The position numbers were made by a program, and so were the translations under genes. Positions 40,489-50,086 of a stretch of DNA of 64,000 nt are shown here, piece after piece. Origin of the DNA: a virus; IMG/VR virus record IMGVR_UViG_3300050026_000388, positions 38,176-102,175 of that record; one strand, written 5' to 3'. The notes under the pieces were generated by a model. That model saw only the letters and a program-made list of their open reading frames with translations, ran no database searches and was not told where the DNA came from. Within the stretch, counting starts at the first letter, position 1, and each line of letters opens with the position of its first letter.

Positions 40489-42018
40489 GTGATAAACACG
40501 GCGTTAGTTGGGACTTGGATGACAGTAAGCGCTACTACTACTACCCCATCAGAGGGTGTAGCGATAACTATTACACTGACACTTAGGAGAGCTGACAATA
40601 ACGCCGCGATTTCTGGTAGGGTTCTCAATCTATACAATGGTGCGGGGACGCTTGTAGCACAGTACCCCTCAAATTCAGCAGGACAAATCGCTTGGTCTGT
40701 CACATATCACAGCGCACCATATACCGACGGTTTCACGGGAAGGTTTTATGCTGACTCACTGTTTGGCGGGACTAATAGCTCAACACTTTATATATATGTT
40801 ACCGCAACGACGTGGTGTTGGCTCACTGCTGGTGCGTATTCTCCAACACAAGGCGACACAGTTACTTTTGCCGCAGGGCTTCAAAAAACTGATGGTGGTG
40901 TAGGCGTCCCAGGTCAAACACTTCGGATTTACCAGTTTAATCCTTCAGGTAGTACACTAGTTGCCTCAGGCACAACAAATGGTGCTGGGGTTATTGCGTG
41001 GTCGCATACGTTCCCTGATACCGGCACATTCTATTATTACTCAGCATTCGCCGCAGAAAATCAGTATCAAGCTTGTAAGAGCACCCCTGATGTTACGATT
41101 AATGTCCAACCATCCGTAATACCACCTCCACCCCCAACACAACACACAACTTCACTTTCGCTTACCGCCAGCGATGCAGCACCTCAGTTATTCGGAAACG
41201 TTACATTTACTGCAATACTCACGAGCAGTGGCGCGGGTGTAAATAATGAAACTATTAACTTCTATTATTACGACCCCCAACAGGTACAGCACACGATGGA
41301 TACAACTGCGACATCAGTTAACGGCACCGCTGTATTTACCACACAATTCACTGACCCCCTATTGATGCAATGGTACGCGAGCTTCGGCGGCGACCTTACA
41401 GACCCCGACAACACATATTCGGCATCTACAAGTAGTATGGTGCTGGTAAACGCCGGCGGCCCTGTTATCACTATTAACCCATCTACAACGGTTACCATAA
41501 CCGCAAACGTGGCAACTCTAATAATAAACTACCGCGGTATTACCTCTACCGTAGAATGTGAAGCAAACGTAGCCGTTGTTGCTGCAGATATTATAATTGC
41601 AGGAGTTACAGCAACCGAAATTTTAACTGCAAATAACGCGATTACCGGCGGCGGGGCTAGTGGGTATCCGTCTAACATGAGGATTACCGCTGGCGTGCCT
41701 CGGATAGTTTATGACGTAGTAGTCACCGATTGGTGGTCGGCAGCAGTGGTTACCATAACTGAAAATGTGCCATTTGCTGGGACGATAACTGATATCATAC
41801 TCGTCGGTGTTGAGGCGGACGTTATCATAACTGAGAACGTTCCCGTTGCGCGCGGGGTTCCCTCCATCGTTGCTACTATAATGGAAATATTCGTTGAGGG
41901 GGAGTACGAAACGAGCAAAACATGCAACGGGGCATATAGCGCTGGGGTAGCAAGTGATGGCGACTATATCGTTGCAAAGGCATCATCTAATGCCGATTAT
42001 TCACCAGACGGAGATTAA
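40489..42018 (+). CDS. Tandem Ig-like domain protein with C-terminal repeats
   Basis: Three ~95-aa beta-rich repeats (VTFTA.L...G...T...G) followed by VTITAN/ITENVP units. Confidence 0.65.
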   Translation: MINTALVGTWMTVSATTTTPSEGVAITITLTLRRADNNAAISGRVLNLYNGAGTLVAQYPSNSAGQIAWSVTYHSAPYTDGFTGRFYADSLFGGTNSSTLYIYVTATTWCWLTAGAYSPTQGDTVTFAAGLQKTDGGVGVPGQTLRIYQFNPSGSTLVASGTTNGAGVIAWSHTFPDTGTFYYYSAFAAENQYQACKSTPDVTINVQPSVIPPPPPTQHTTSLSLTASDAAPQLFGNVTFTAILTSSGAGVNNETINFYYYDPQQVQHTMDTTATSVNGTAVFTTQFTDPLLMQWYASFGGDLTDPDNTYSASTSSMVLVNAGGPVITINPSTTVTITANVATLIINYRGITSTVECEANVAVVAADIIIAGVTATEILTANNAITGGGASGYPSNMRITAGVPRIVYDVVVTDWWSAAVVTITENVPFAGTITDIILVGVEADVIITENVPVARGVPSIVATIMEIFVEGEYETSKTCNGAYSAGVASDGDYIVAKASSNADYSPDGD

Positions 42019-42019
42019 G

Positions 42020-42367
42020 ATGGCTATTCGTGAAGATTATACAGTCGACAGGGCATCGAAATTTGATATTGAATTAACCACAACGATAGAAGGCGTACCC
42101 CTTTCGCTTTCTAGCGCGGTAATTACGTTTAAGGCGGCGATAGATTATGACACGCCGCCAATCATAGATATGTCATCAGCCGACCCTGACGCGATTGAGA
42201 TAACCAACAGCGACAACGGCCAGTTTACGGTTCACCTTTCTGAAGATGATACGAATATCACCATCAGCTTCCCGACGAATTATGTGTACGATATACGGGT
42301 CAGCTACGAGAACGAATCTGCGATTGTGCAGTACGGTACATTAACGATACTGCCGCGATTGACGTGA
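42020..42367 (+). CDS. BppU-N-like fibre adaptor (family E, copy 3)
   Basis: GVPLSLSSAVITF...IEIT...FTVHLSEDDT...YDIRVSY...YGTLTI. Confidence 0.7.
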   Translation: MAIREDYTVDRASKFDIELTTTIEGVPLSLSSAVITFKAAIDYDTPPIIDMSSADPDAIEITNSDNGQFTVHLSEDDTNITISFPTNYVYDIRVSYENESAIVQYGTLTILPRLT

Positions 42368-42379
42368 GAACCTGAGAGA

Positions 42380-42769
42380 ATGAACGTAACTACATCAGAT
42401 GCAGCAACCGGCGAACATGCGAGGCTTTTATCCCCCGTGCGGACGGCGGTAAATCAGGGGGGGAAACTCGACATTTACGCTGTAGTCAAGAAAGCAGGAG
42501 TCCCACTTTCTTTAGCTGATGCGGTAATAACGTTTGCGGCTGGTGAGAATTATGGCTGCGCGCCGCTGATAACCAAAACGAGCGCGGGTGGTGGAATTGA
42601 GATAACCGATATTGCCGGGGGTAGATTCACGATACACCTGCTGAAAAATGATACTGATATTAATTTTGATTATCCCACTGAGCTTAATTACGACGTGCGC
42701 GTTTCGTATCCCGATGAGTCTGCGATTGTGCTTTACGGTACTATTAGGATTACACCACGACTGACGTAG
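42380..42769 (+). CDS. BppU-N-like fibre adaptor (family E, copy 4)
   Basis: Close tandem paralogue of copy 3; both end PRLT. Confidence 0.7.
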   Translation: MNVTTSDAATGEHARLLSPVRTAVNQGGKLDIYAVVKKAGVPLSLADAVITFAAGENYGCAPLITKTSAGGGIEITDIAGGRFTIHLLKNDTDINFDYPTELNYDVRVSYPDESAIVLYGTIRITPRLT

Positions 42770-42782
42770 GAGAAAGAAAGAA

Positions 42783-45700
42783 ATGACGTTTTATCAGAAA
42801 GTTGGTAGTTTCACAGCGCCTGCGGGGGCGGGTTCTCAGGCAACCACGGGCCTCGGCTTTACGCCCGTCGCTATAATTTTTTGGTTTGGTGCTGCTTCAC
42901 TCTCAAGTGGTGGATGGGTTGGTGGGAGTAGCGGCTACACCGGAGGCAACCAAAGCGGTATTGGTCTTGTTACGGCATCGGGGAGCGGCGCGGTTGGATA
43001 TATCGAATATAGCAACGGAACCGCGGACATATATACCGCTCATGCAACAACGGCTATTTACTCTTACTCTGTTGCCGGAACCCTATCGGCGTCACTTACT
43101 TCTCTTGATAGTAGTGGCTTTACGCTATATTGGATGAGTACGATTTCCGGCGTTACAATCCACTATCTTGCATTAGGCGGAACCGACATAACCGGCGCGA
43201 TGGTTAAAGAGTGGACTGCCAAAGGTTCAACAGGTTCGCAATCAATCACCGGCGTCGGCTTTAAACCGTCGTTAGTGATTAATATTGGCACATCAGATAC
43301 GGTCGCACCCCCGCACGTGAGCGCGTCAACGAATTTTTGGCCCCCGTTAGACACGGGTGCGATGGATGGTAGTGGCAACCAATGGGCGCAGTCTGACCGT
43401 TTTTACACTAATTGTTGCAGGTATGAACTAACCAATGCGTGCATCGTCGGAATAAATCAAACGACCGGAGTGGACTACCAAGCAGCATATACCTCAATGG
43501 ATTCTGACGGCTTTACTATAAATTGGTCAACATGCAACGGAGCACCGTATTTTTATAGTCTCTGCTTAAGTGGTTGTGCATGTCAGGTCGGAAATTGGGA
43601 TAAATCAACATCGGCAGCAAGTGATACCGTATCCCTTGGTATTACGCCTCAAGCTGTTTTTGTAGTGTCGGCTTGTAATATACCTACCTCTAGCTACATA
43701 AATGATGAAAGGCGCATGTTTGGTGCAAGCGACGGGACAAACAACCGCGTAGTAACAACTACGTATCAAGGAACGTCTGGTGATTTGACGTATCAGTACT
43801 GGGATACCACAAACTCAATATGTATCCCCGGCTCGGTAAACTCGACGGCGACTGCCGGAACGATTGGCAGTTTCGGGTCAAGTCAATTTGTCGCAAGTTA
43901 CAGCACGCACGATAATATAGCGACTGAGATATGCTATGTTGCGTTCGGCTCTTCAGCCGGCGGCTACACTGGAGCGCTTACATCACTACCAGTCACGGCC
44001 GCGGACACGGACAGCGTAACCCAAACAACGGTAGAAATTGATTATCCTGCTTACCTCTCAACGTTACAGGTCGCTGCCAATACACCGTATATTGCGATAC
44101 AGATTAATTGCACCGTTACACCCAACCCAGTTACTGCATCTGCGAATATCGCTTTGATAGGTACCACTATCACAGGAACCACCCAAACTATTACACCCTC
44201 TTCATTAAATGTCACCACAGTATCACCCCCTGTATCATTCCCATATCTAGGATTAACGGGAATCGCTACGTTCACCGCAAATATCGCCGATATAAGCATC
44301 ACCGTGGATGTTGAGCAAACAGCGACCCTTAATGCAGTAGAAAACATTCCCACAGTTGTCAACATTATCCATGTTATAGGAGAATCCATAATCTCGTCCT
44401 GCGGCACTGGCGGCCCGATGTTATGGTCAAACGCCGCATCGTGGGATGGGGGTGTGATGCCTGATGACGAGTACGGCATAAACATCCTCTCTGGGGATGT
44501 GATGTATTTTGACGTTGACCAGTCCGAATTTGCAGTAGGACTTACTTCAGTGTGGATAGATGGAGAACTCCGGTTCCCCACGCAGAGCCCCCTTACTGGA
44601 ACCACGATTACACCACTAAAAGTTAACCCACACATGGTACTAGCTGATGGAGTACAGATACTAGGCGCCGGCGGGTTCTACTGCGGCAACTCAGCAACAG
44701 ACCCGATACGGCCACCGGATGAAGGCAGCTCGAGCCGCGCGACAATCACTAGTATGGGGGGTACCGATTATCTTATAGATATCATCGAAACGGGATTCTT
44801 CGGTTGGTATGACACAACAACGTACTCCTTCTTTGCCGGTGCGTGTGCGGGGTCCGAGACAACAATCCCCCTTACCAGTCAGTTATTACTGCAGGACGGC
44901 GACGAGATTGTAATAGGAAATACCCTGACTCATGGGGTGAGTTCTGACGTAGAAATGGAAAAATATCCTGTGGCCGCATACACCGCACAACCCCCGACCA
45001 TAACACTCCAATATGGACTCTCATACTCTCATGATGTAGGTGACTGCGTCGCGCGCGCTAGCAGACCGATTAAGATAACGGGTGTAAACGCGGGGGTGAT
45101 AGCACCAACCACGCGTTGTATCGGCTTTGAGGGCGTCTGTACTGAAGGAATCATACCATTACCTCAATACCAAGACACCCTTTCGATACGTGGCTGCACC
45201 GTGTTCGATACCCCTCTCATTTACTATACAGCCCCAACCGCAAACGGCATGATAACCGTTGAAAATAGCACGGTTATCGGCACACCAAGCGGGGGCGCCC
45301 TAGTGGGTGAATGTGGTGTTCCTTTGAAGCTCAACAACTGCGTGGTGCTCGGTTGCCCAACCGGAATCGCATCAACTGATGGCATTTCGGCAACGGGCAT
45401 AGTGATGCAGAACACCAATATTGGGATGTATGAAATCACGAACAGCGCACTCAAAAATTGTACAATAAGCGGGAACCATTACGGCACAGCAAACGGCGCG
45501 GGTAATGTGTATATCTCTAGTACATTTGCGCATAATGACGTTGACTTCTACAGCGCCGCTTCTGCAACGCTCTACGATACGACACTTCAGAGCATGATTC
45601 CGACGAGTTACCTCCACGCCGCAGTAGTTCCCGCATGGTCATGCATTAAAGACTATGGTACGGGTGAAGACCAGCGCGTGTGGGGTGCCGGCGGCTACGG

Positions 45701-46106
45701 CGGGATACAGAATACTGTACTATATAATGGTAATAAGACGTGGAAGTTCCAGATAATGCAGGCGGATGAACCGCTGTTTTGGGATACCCCCTTCCTGTCC
45801 TCAGCCGGTAAGCAGGTAACCGTGGCTATCGCGGCAATGAAAGAGTTTCAAGGCGGGGTGGTTATGCTTCAGATTATCGACCCCGCACATGACCCGCTAT
45901 TCGGCTTCGGGGATATGCCGCTTGATGCAGTAACACTCGATGATACGATTTCAATATGGCGCACCCTTTCAGTTTCCTTTATGAGCACGTTTATGCAGCC
46001 GCTAGTCGCGAGGGTGTTGGTGCAGAACTCAACAGGTACCGGAAACGCCTACGCTTACATCACCGCTATGGAAGAGACGCTTAACTGTGGGGGGCTGTAC
46101 CCATGA
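42783..46106 (+). CDS. Large appendage protein: shared N-domain, short repeats, G8-like domain, right-handed beta-helix
   Basis: GFTPVAIIFW and GASDGTNN N-domain; WSNAASWDGGVMP...IDGELRF (G8-like); IRGCTV/VENSTV/LNNCVV/LKNCTI beta-helix repeats. Confidence 0.7.
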   Translation: MTFYQKVGSFTAPAGAGSQATTGLGFTPVAIIFWFGAASLSSGGWVGGSSGYTGGNQSGIGLVTASGSGAVGYIEYSNGTADIYTAHATTAIYSYSVAGTLSASLTSLDSSGFTLYWMSTISGVTIHYLALGGTDITGAMVKEWTAKGSTGSQSITGVGFKPSLVINIGTSDTVAPPHVSASTNFWPPLDTGAMDGSGNQWAQSDRFYTNCCRYELTNACIVGINQTTGVDYQAAYTSMDSDGFTINWSTCNGAPYFYSLCLSGCACQVGNWDKSTSAASDTVSLGITPQAVFVVSACNIPTSSYINDERRMFGASDGTNNRVVTTTYQGTSGDLTYQYWDTTNSICIPGSVNSTATAGTIGSFGSSQFVASYSTHDNIATEICYVAFGSSAGGYTGALTSLPVTAADTDSVTQTTVEIDYPAYLSTLQVAANTPYIAIQINCTVTPNPVTASANIALIGTTITGTTQTITPSSLNVTTVSPPVSFPYLGLTGIATFTANIADISITVDVEQTATLNAVENIPTVVNIIHVIGESIISSCGTGGPMLWSNAASWDGGVMPDDEYGINILSGDVMYFDVDQSEFAVGLTSVWIDGELRFPTQSPLTGTTITPLKVNPHMVLADGVQILGAGGFYCGNSATDPIRPPDEGSSSRATITSMGGTDYLIDIIETGFFGWYDTTTYSFFAGACAGSETTIPLTSQLLLQDGDEIVIGNTLTHGVSSDVEMEKYPVAAYTAQPPTITLQYGLSYSHDVGDCVARASRPIKITGVNAGVIAPTTRCIGFEGVCTEGIIPLPQYQDTLSIRGCTVFDTPLIYYTAPTANGMITVENSTVIGTPSGGALVGECGVPLKLNNCVVLGCPTGIASTDGISATGIVMQNTNIGMYEITNSALKNCTISGNHYGTANGAGNVYISSTFAHNDVDFYSAASATLYDTTLQSMIPTSYLHAAVVPAWSCIKDYGTGEDQRVWGAGGYGGIQNTVLYNGNKTWKFQIMQADEPLFWDTPFLSSAGKQVTVAIAAMKEFQGGVVMLQIIDPAHDPLFGFGDMPLDAVTLDDTISIWRTLSVSFMSTFMQPLVARVLVQNSTGTGNAYAYITAMEETLNCGGLYP

Positions 46107-46540
46107 CGATTAACGAAATCAAGTTTGACCCAACGCCGAAGGTGCAGCGCAGCAAGAGGAATACCCTTTTCCAGATGCGGCGGAAGTTGGTGTTTATGCA
46201 TTATCCTTCTGATGCTGACGTCGATGAACTTGGTGCAAAGCCCTATACCGATATGGAAGATTATTTGACCGGCGCTGACGGGACGGGTGTGTGGGCGGAT
46301 ATTGATACGCCGCATCCGGATGACGTGTTGATGGCTGCACAGCATGGTGAGGTGTTGACGCACTCCATACTCGTGCGGTATGATGAGCGAATCGACCCGC
46401 GCCAAATCATAAAGTACACGAATCGCCAGACGGGCAAATCAGATTACTGGTGGATAAGGACCCTTGTCCGCCCTGATTTTGAATATCATTATCTACGAAT
46501 CGGCGCGGAGCAAATCATCGAGTACGGAGTGGATGAATAA
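46103..46540 (+). CDS. Head-closure (head-tail joining) protein
   Basis: VWADI...THSILVRY...YLRIGAEQ; position before gp10-like gene. Confidence 0.75.
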   Translation: MTINEIKFDPTPKVQRSKRNTLFQMRRKLVFMHYPSDADVDELGAKPYTDMEDYLTGADGTGVWADIDTPHPDDVLMAAQHGEVLTHSILVRYDERIDPRQIIKYTNRQTGKSDYWWIRTLVRPDFEYHYLRIGAEQIIEYGVDE

Positions 46541-48069
46541 TGGTAGCAAGTAGTAGCTCATCAAGCGGCAGCCTCAGCATGCATGTGGAAGACGCCTCAC
46601 TTGCTAAGGTGCTTGGGAGATTCCGAACAATAAGTGAGGAATCTAATGTTAGTTTGGCAGCGGCATTAAACCAAGGAGCCCACATCGTTGAAACTTCGGC
46701 TAAGAGCAAAGTGCGCGTTAAGACGGGTAGGTTGAAGGGCTCAATACATGTAATAAACGCAACGCCAGAACGGCTCGAATCTCAGGTTATAGCAGACACT
46801 AGCTATGCTTGTGTGTTTAATGCGCAAACAACAGTCGTTACGGCTAATGGTCAACGAACCATCGGGCAAATAAAAGAAGGCGACCGCGTCCTTACACAAA
46901 CTGGAGAATATAAACGAATTATAGCCACCAATCGGTTCTTAGCAGAATTAAAGCCAGAGTTAATCACGATAACCACAGCACACAATAAAGGTGGAACTCA
47001 TAAGCTGACTGTAACAACCGACCACAAAATATTAACTCACCGAGATGGGCGCAATCAATGGATACACGCTGGTGATTTAACATTGACTGATTCCTTATAC
47101 ACTAAAATAAAAATTGCACATAATAAAGGAACGGCGCCGATAAAGACGTGCATAAACTGCGGCACAGACTACCACTATCGCCGAGGTTATGATGGTTCTG
47201 GGCAATTTTTCTGTTCGCGAGATTGTCAGTATAAATATTTACGGGGACTCCACGGGACACATTTTGGCAAGAAACATTCCACAGAGACTCGTGCGCAAAT
47301 GAGTGATATAAAGATTAAACAGAATCGCGAACATCCAGAAAAGCACATAAATTGCGTGCGCACTCGACGCGGTTTTAACACAAACATCGAATGCGAGGTA
47401 GAAGAATGGATTAAGAAATCAGGCAAAAGATACCAAAAACAACATAGGATTGGTGGTTGTTATGTTGATTTCTATTTACCTGACGACCGCGCGGTAATCG
47501 AAGCCGATGGTGCATTTTGGCACCAAGACCAAGAAAAAGATATTTCCCGTGATGAAGAGATAAAAAGGGCTGCACCAGACACCACCATATTACACATCCA
47601 TTTTTATAACAAAAGATACAGCCAAAATTTGATTCCAAACCCCCTAAAAGAGGTGTATTACGTCGCGTGCAACCCTGGGATGTCTAGTTTTGTTGACCCC
47701 ACCGTGTTTAAATTAACGCCGATTCTCAAACTAGAACCTTGGACGTACAAAGATAAACGCAAATCTAAGAGAGGTGCCAAGCATTCGCTCTACGACTTAA
47801 CTATCGAAGATGTTCATAGCTTCTATGCAAATGGTATTCTAGTTTCTAATTCTTATGTAGAAAAAGGAACCCAACCACACGTCATCGTTCCCGTAAGCGG
47901 CCAAGTTTTACACTTCACCGTCCAGTCGGGAGACGAGGTTTTCGCACAGAGCGTGCAGTCTCCAGGCAGCCAAGCGTATCCCTTCATGGAGCCCGCACTT
48001 ACGGAACACACGGAAGATATTAAAGCAAGCATACTGCTCGCGCTGCAGATGGAGATGATGAAACTTTGA
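46540..48069 (+). CDS. HK97 gp10-like tail-completion protein interrupted by an intein
   Basis: VKTGRLKGSI...DTSYA|intein|SYVEKGT...AYPFMEPAL; splicing restores YAxYVExGT. Confidence 0.9.
   Translation: MVASSSSSSGSLSMHVEDASLAKVLGRFRTISEESNVSLAAALNQGAHIVETSAKSKVRVKTGRLKGSIHVINATPERLESQVIADTSYACVFNAQTTVVTANGQRTIGQIKEGDRVLTQTGEYKRIIATNRFLAELKPELITITTAHNKGGTHKLTVTTDHKILTHRDGRNQWIHAGDLTLTDSLYTKIKIAHNKGTAPIKTCINCGTDYHYRRGYDGSGQFFCSRDCQYKYLRGLHGTHFGKKHSTETRAQMSDIKIKQNREHPEKHINCVRTRRGFNTNIECEVEEWIKKSGKRYQKQHRIGGCYVDFYLPDDRAVIEADGAFWHQDQEKDISRDEEIKRAAPDTTILHIHFYNKRYSQNLIPNPLKEVYYVACNPGMSSFVDPTVFKLTPILKLEPWTYKDKRKSKRGAKHSLYDLTIEDVHSFYANGILVSNSYVEKGTQPHVIVPVSGQVLHFTVQSGDEVFAQSVQSPGSQAYPFMEPALTEHTEDIKASILLALQMEMMKL
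46810..47850 (+). mobile_element. Intein (347 aa) with Zn finger, NUMOD3-like motif and Vsr/DUF559-type endonuclease
   Basis: Block A CVFNAQTTV, block B TTDHKIL, blocks F/G LYDLTIEDVHSFYANGILVSN followed by Ser; VDFYL...IEADGAFWH. Confidence 0.9.
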
Positions 48070-48545
48070 TAATTAGACAGTCGGCCTCCTACGAATTACG
48101 TAAACTGTTCTATGACGTGCTCGTTGCCGACGATACGCTGACATCTCGTGTTTACTATGATGAACAAGGTAACGTGACTGCGGCGAAGGTGTATGATACG
48201 GTCCCTCCAAAGGTGAAAAAGCCGTATGTAACCGTAGGCAAAGCGGCCATAAAAATAGACCGCGATACGCAGTCAAAAGACATGTTTGCGGATATATACA
48301 TGGTCGAGATTGACTGCTTCACCCATTACGGCGGCAAGGCCGACGTTTCGCAGTTAATGAACGATGCGATGTACGCGCTCTCGGCTGCGGCGGTAAACCA
48401 GACATTACAGTTCGATGATGGGAGTGCCTTTAGATTAGGCATCTTTGAGATAGACGTGCGCGGAGAGGATGTTTCTGTATGGGGGCCAAAAGAAGCAGAG
48501 CACAGCGTATTAACGTGCAACGTCCGCGTCGTGCAGGTAAAATAA
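48066..48545 (+). CDS. Tail terminator (DUF3168/gp17-like)
   Basis: VYDTVP...PYVTVG...IDCFT. Confidence 0.8.
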   Translation: MIIRQSASYELRKLFYDVLVADDTLTSRVYYDEQGNVTAAKVYDTVPPKVKKPYVTVGKAAIKIDRDTQSKDMFADIYMVEIDCFTHYGGKADVSQLMNDAMYALSAAAVNQTLQFDDGSAFRLGIFEIDVRGEDVSVWGPKEAEHSVLTCNVRVVQVK

Positions 48546-48579
48546 AATTGACCAGTGTTAATAGAGAAGGAGTTTAAAA

Positions 48580-49071
48580 ATGGACGAATTTAAAGGGCTA
48601 GGTAAACCCACCGAATGGGCAGACCGCGCCATCACGCCAAAAGCAGAGGAAAAACCTTTGCCGAAGGTTGATGTTGTGGAACCCGTGGTGGAGACACCGA
48701 AACCAGAAAAGGCACCAGCTAGTGATATGCACTCGCTGGCAAGCCTGATGAAGAAGAAATTGATGGATGAGGGCATCTCCGTTGACCCCGCAAAGCCACC
48801 TTATGTGGGCTTGGAAGCGGATTTTGGAGATTGCAGCATACGTTTCAGTGAGACGCAACAGGCAGAAGTTAAAGTTCGATGTTACGTGGAGAAAGGATAT
48901 GACAGTGTAGGTCGGCTGCGTGAATTTAGGCCGGCGGTAGAAAAAATACTACAAGGAAAATGTACTCTAAACGAATACAATCTTGAAACGCGCTACACGA
49001 AAGACTACACCCACAGCGGTGCAGGAAAGCGGGCTTCGACGCTCTTTTTTGGCGTCGCAATCCGCAAATAA
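48580..49071 (+). CDS. Possible divergent second tail-terminator-like protein
   Basis: PPYVGL...VKVRCYV echoes the upstream gene; AAGGAG RBS. Confidence 0.45.
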   Translation: MDEFKGLGKPTEWADRAITPKAEEKPLPKVDVVEPVVETPKPEKAPASDMHSLASLMKKKLMDEGISVDPAKPPYVGLEADFGDCSIRFSETQQAEVKVRCYVEKGYDSVGRLREFRPAVEKILQGKCTLNEYNLETRYTKDYTHSGAGKRASTLFFGVAIRK

Positions 49072-49100
49072 AGATTAATTAAACAGGAGATTAGAAAAAA

Positions 49101-49637
49101 ATGGCAGCATATTCACCAGTAGCAGTAGGCACTGGCTTTCTTAATGGCCGGTTTACGCGATTCTATATCGACGTAAGCGGAAGTAACACCGGCGACCCAT
49201 CGTGGCAACTCGTCGGGGGCGAATTGACCGGCAAATGGACGATTGACCCGCAGCTTGAGGACTACACCACAAAAGACGCTAACGCAATTATCTACTACCC
49301 AACTAGGTACAAGTGGAATGGTTCGTTTGATACCAACTACCTGGACGATGACGTCGGGCAGCGGATGGTTCGACTCGTTGCACTCACTGTTGGACAAGCA
49401 ACCAATTCGACTGATGGTGCGCTAACGGCACCGGGGCCGATATGCCGGATTGCATGGGCAATTTCACAGGATATCTCAGGTAGCACACCACAAGTACACA
49501 ACCTGAACTATATGTCGGGCCTCGCAGCGTTCAAGATAGACTTCGACATGACCGATGCGAAGATGGGGAAAATGACCATCACGCTTACCGGAAGCGGCGC
49601 TATAAGCATTGCTGTTGACCCGCGTACAAACGTATAG
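49101..49637 (+). CDS. Major tail tube protein
   Basis: LNGRFTRFYI...EDYTTKD...WNGSFD...MTITLTGSGAI; position. Confidence 0.85.
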   Translation: MAAYSPVAVGTGFLNGRFTRFYIDVSGSNTGDPSWQLVGGELTGKWTIDPQLEDYTTKDANAIIYYPTRYKWNGSFDTNYLDDDVGQRMVRLVALTVGQATNSTDGALTAPGPICRIAWAISQDISGSTPQVHNLNYMSGLAAFKIDFDMTDAKMGKMTITLTGSGAISIAVDPRTNV

Positions 49638-49653
49638 GTAGGGGTGACCAGAA

Positions 49654-50070
49654 ATGTCATCCACATACAATGACCTAACAGCGGATATACAAGTAATAAA
49701 CACAACGTACGCCGCCGCGGGTGCAACAGGATTACACAACCCAGACCTTGTAACGGGTGTGAGTTGCGGCACGTCTGCCAAAGGCGACAGTTTCACCAAT
49801 ACCGGACGAGAGTTCGTGTATATCACGAATGGAACTGGCACAGACCTACAAGTCACCATCAACGACCAAAGTGTTTGCACGCACGGCTTCGACCACGATG
49901 TTGTATCCATTATCCCCACCGGCGGCCATTCAGTAATGCTTGGCCCATTCCCGGTGAAATGGTTTACGACAACGTGCCTCATCGACTACGATGTAACAAA
50001 GAGTGGGACCTCACCGAAAATCTTTATTTTCCAGCTACCGACGGTATCGCCGGGGCCAGGGCAGGGTTGA
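49654..50070 (+). CDS. Tail-associated beta protein (paralogue 1)
   Basis: KGDSFTNTGREFVYITN...DQSVCTHGFDHDV...GPFPVKWF. Confidence 0.65.
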   Translation: MSSTYNDLTADIQVINTTYAAAGATGLHNPDLVTGVSCGTSAKGDSFTNTGREFVYITNGTGTDLQVTINDQSVCTHGFDHDVVSIIPTGGHSVMLGPFPVKWFTTTCLIDYDVTKSGTSPKIFIFQLPTVSPGPGQG

Positions 50071-50086
50071 GCGGAGGTGAAAAGAA

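Noticed and set aside
24557-46106. Diversity-generating retroelement or invertase shufflon behind the fibre paralogues
   Set aside because: No reverse transcriptase or recombinase seen, no adenine-specific TR/VR pair noticed, and all cassettes are co-oriented
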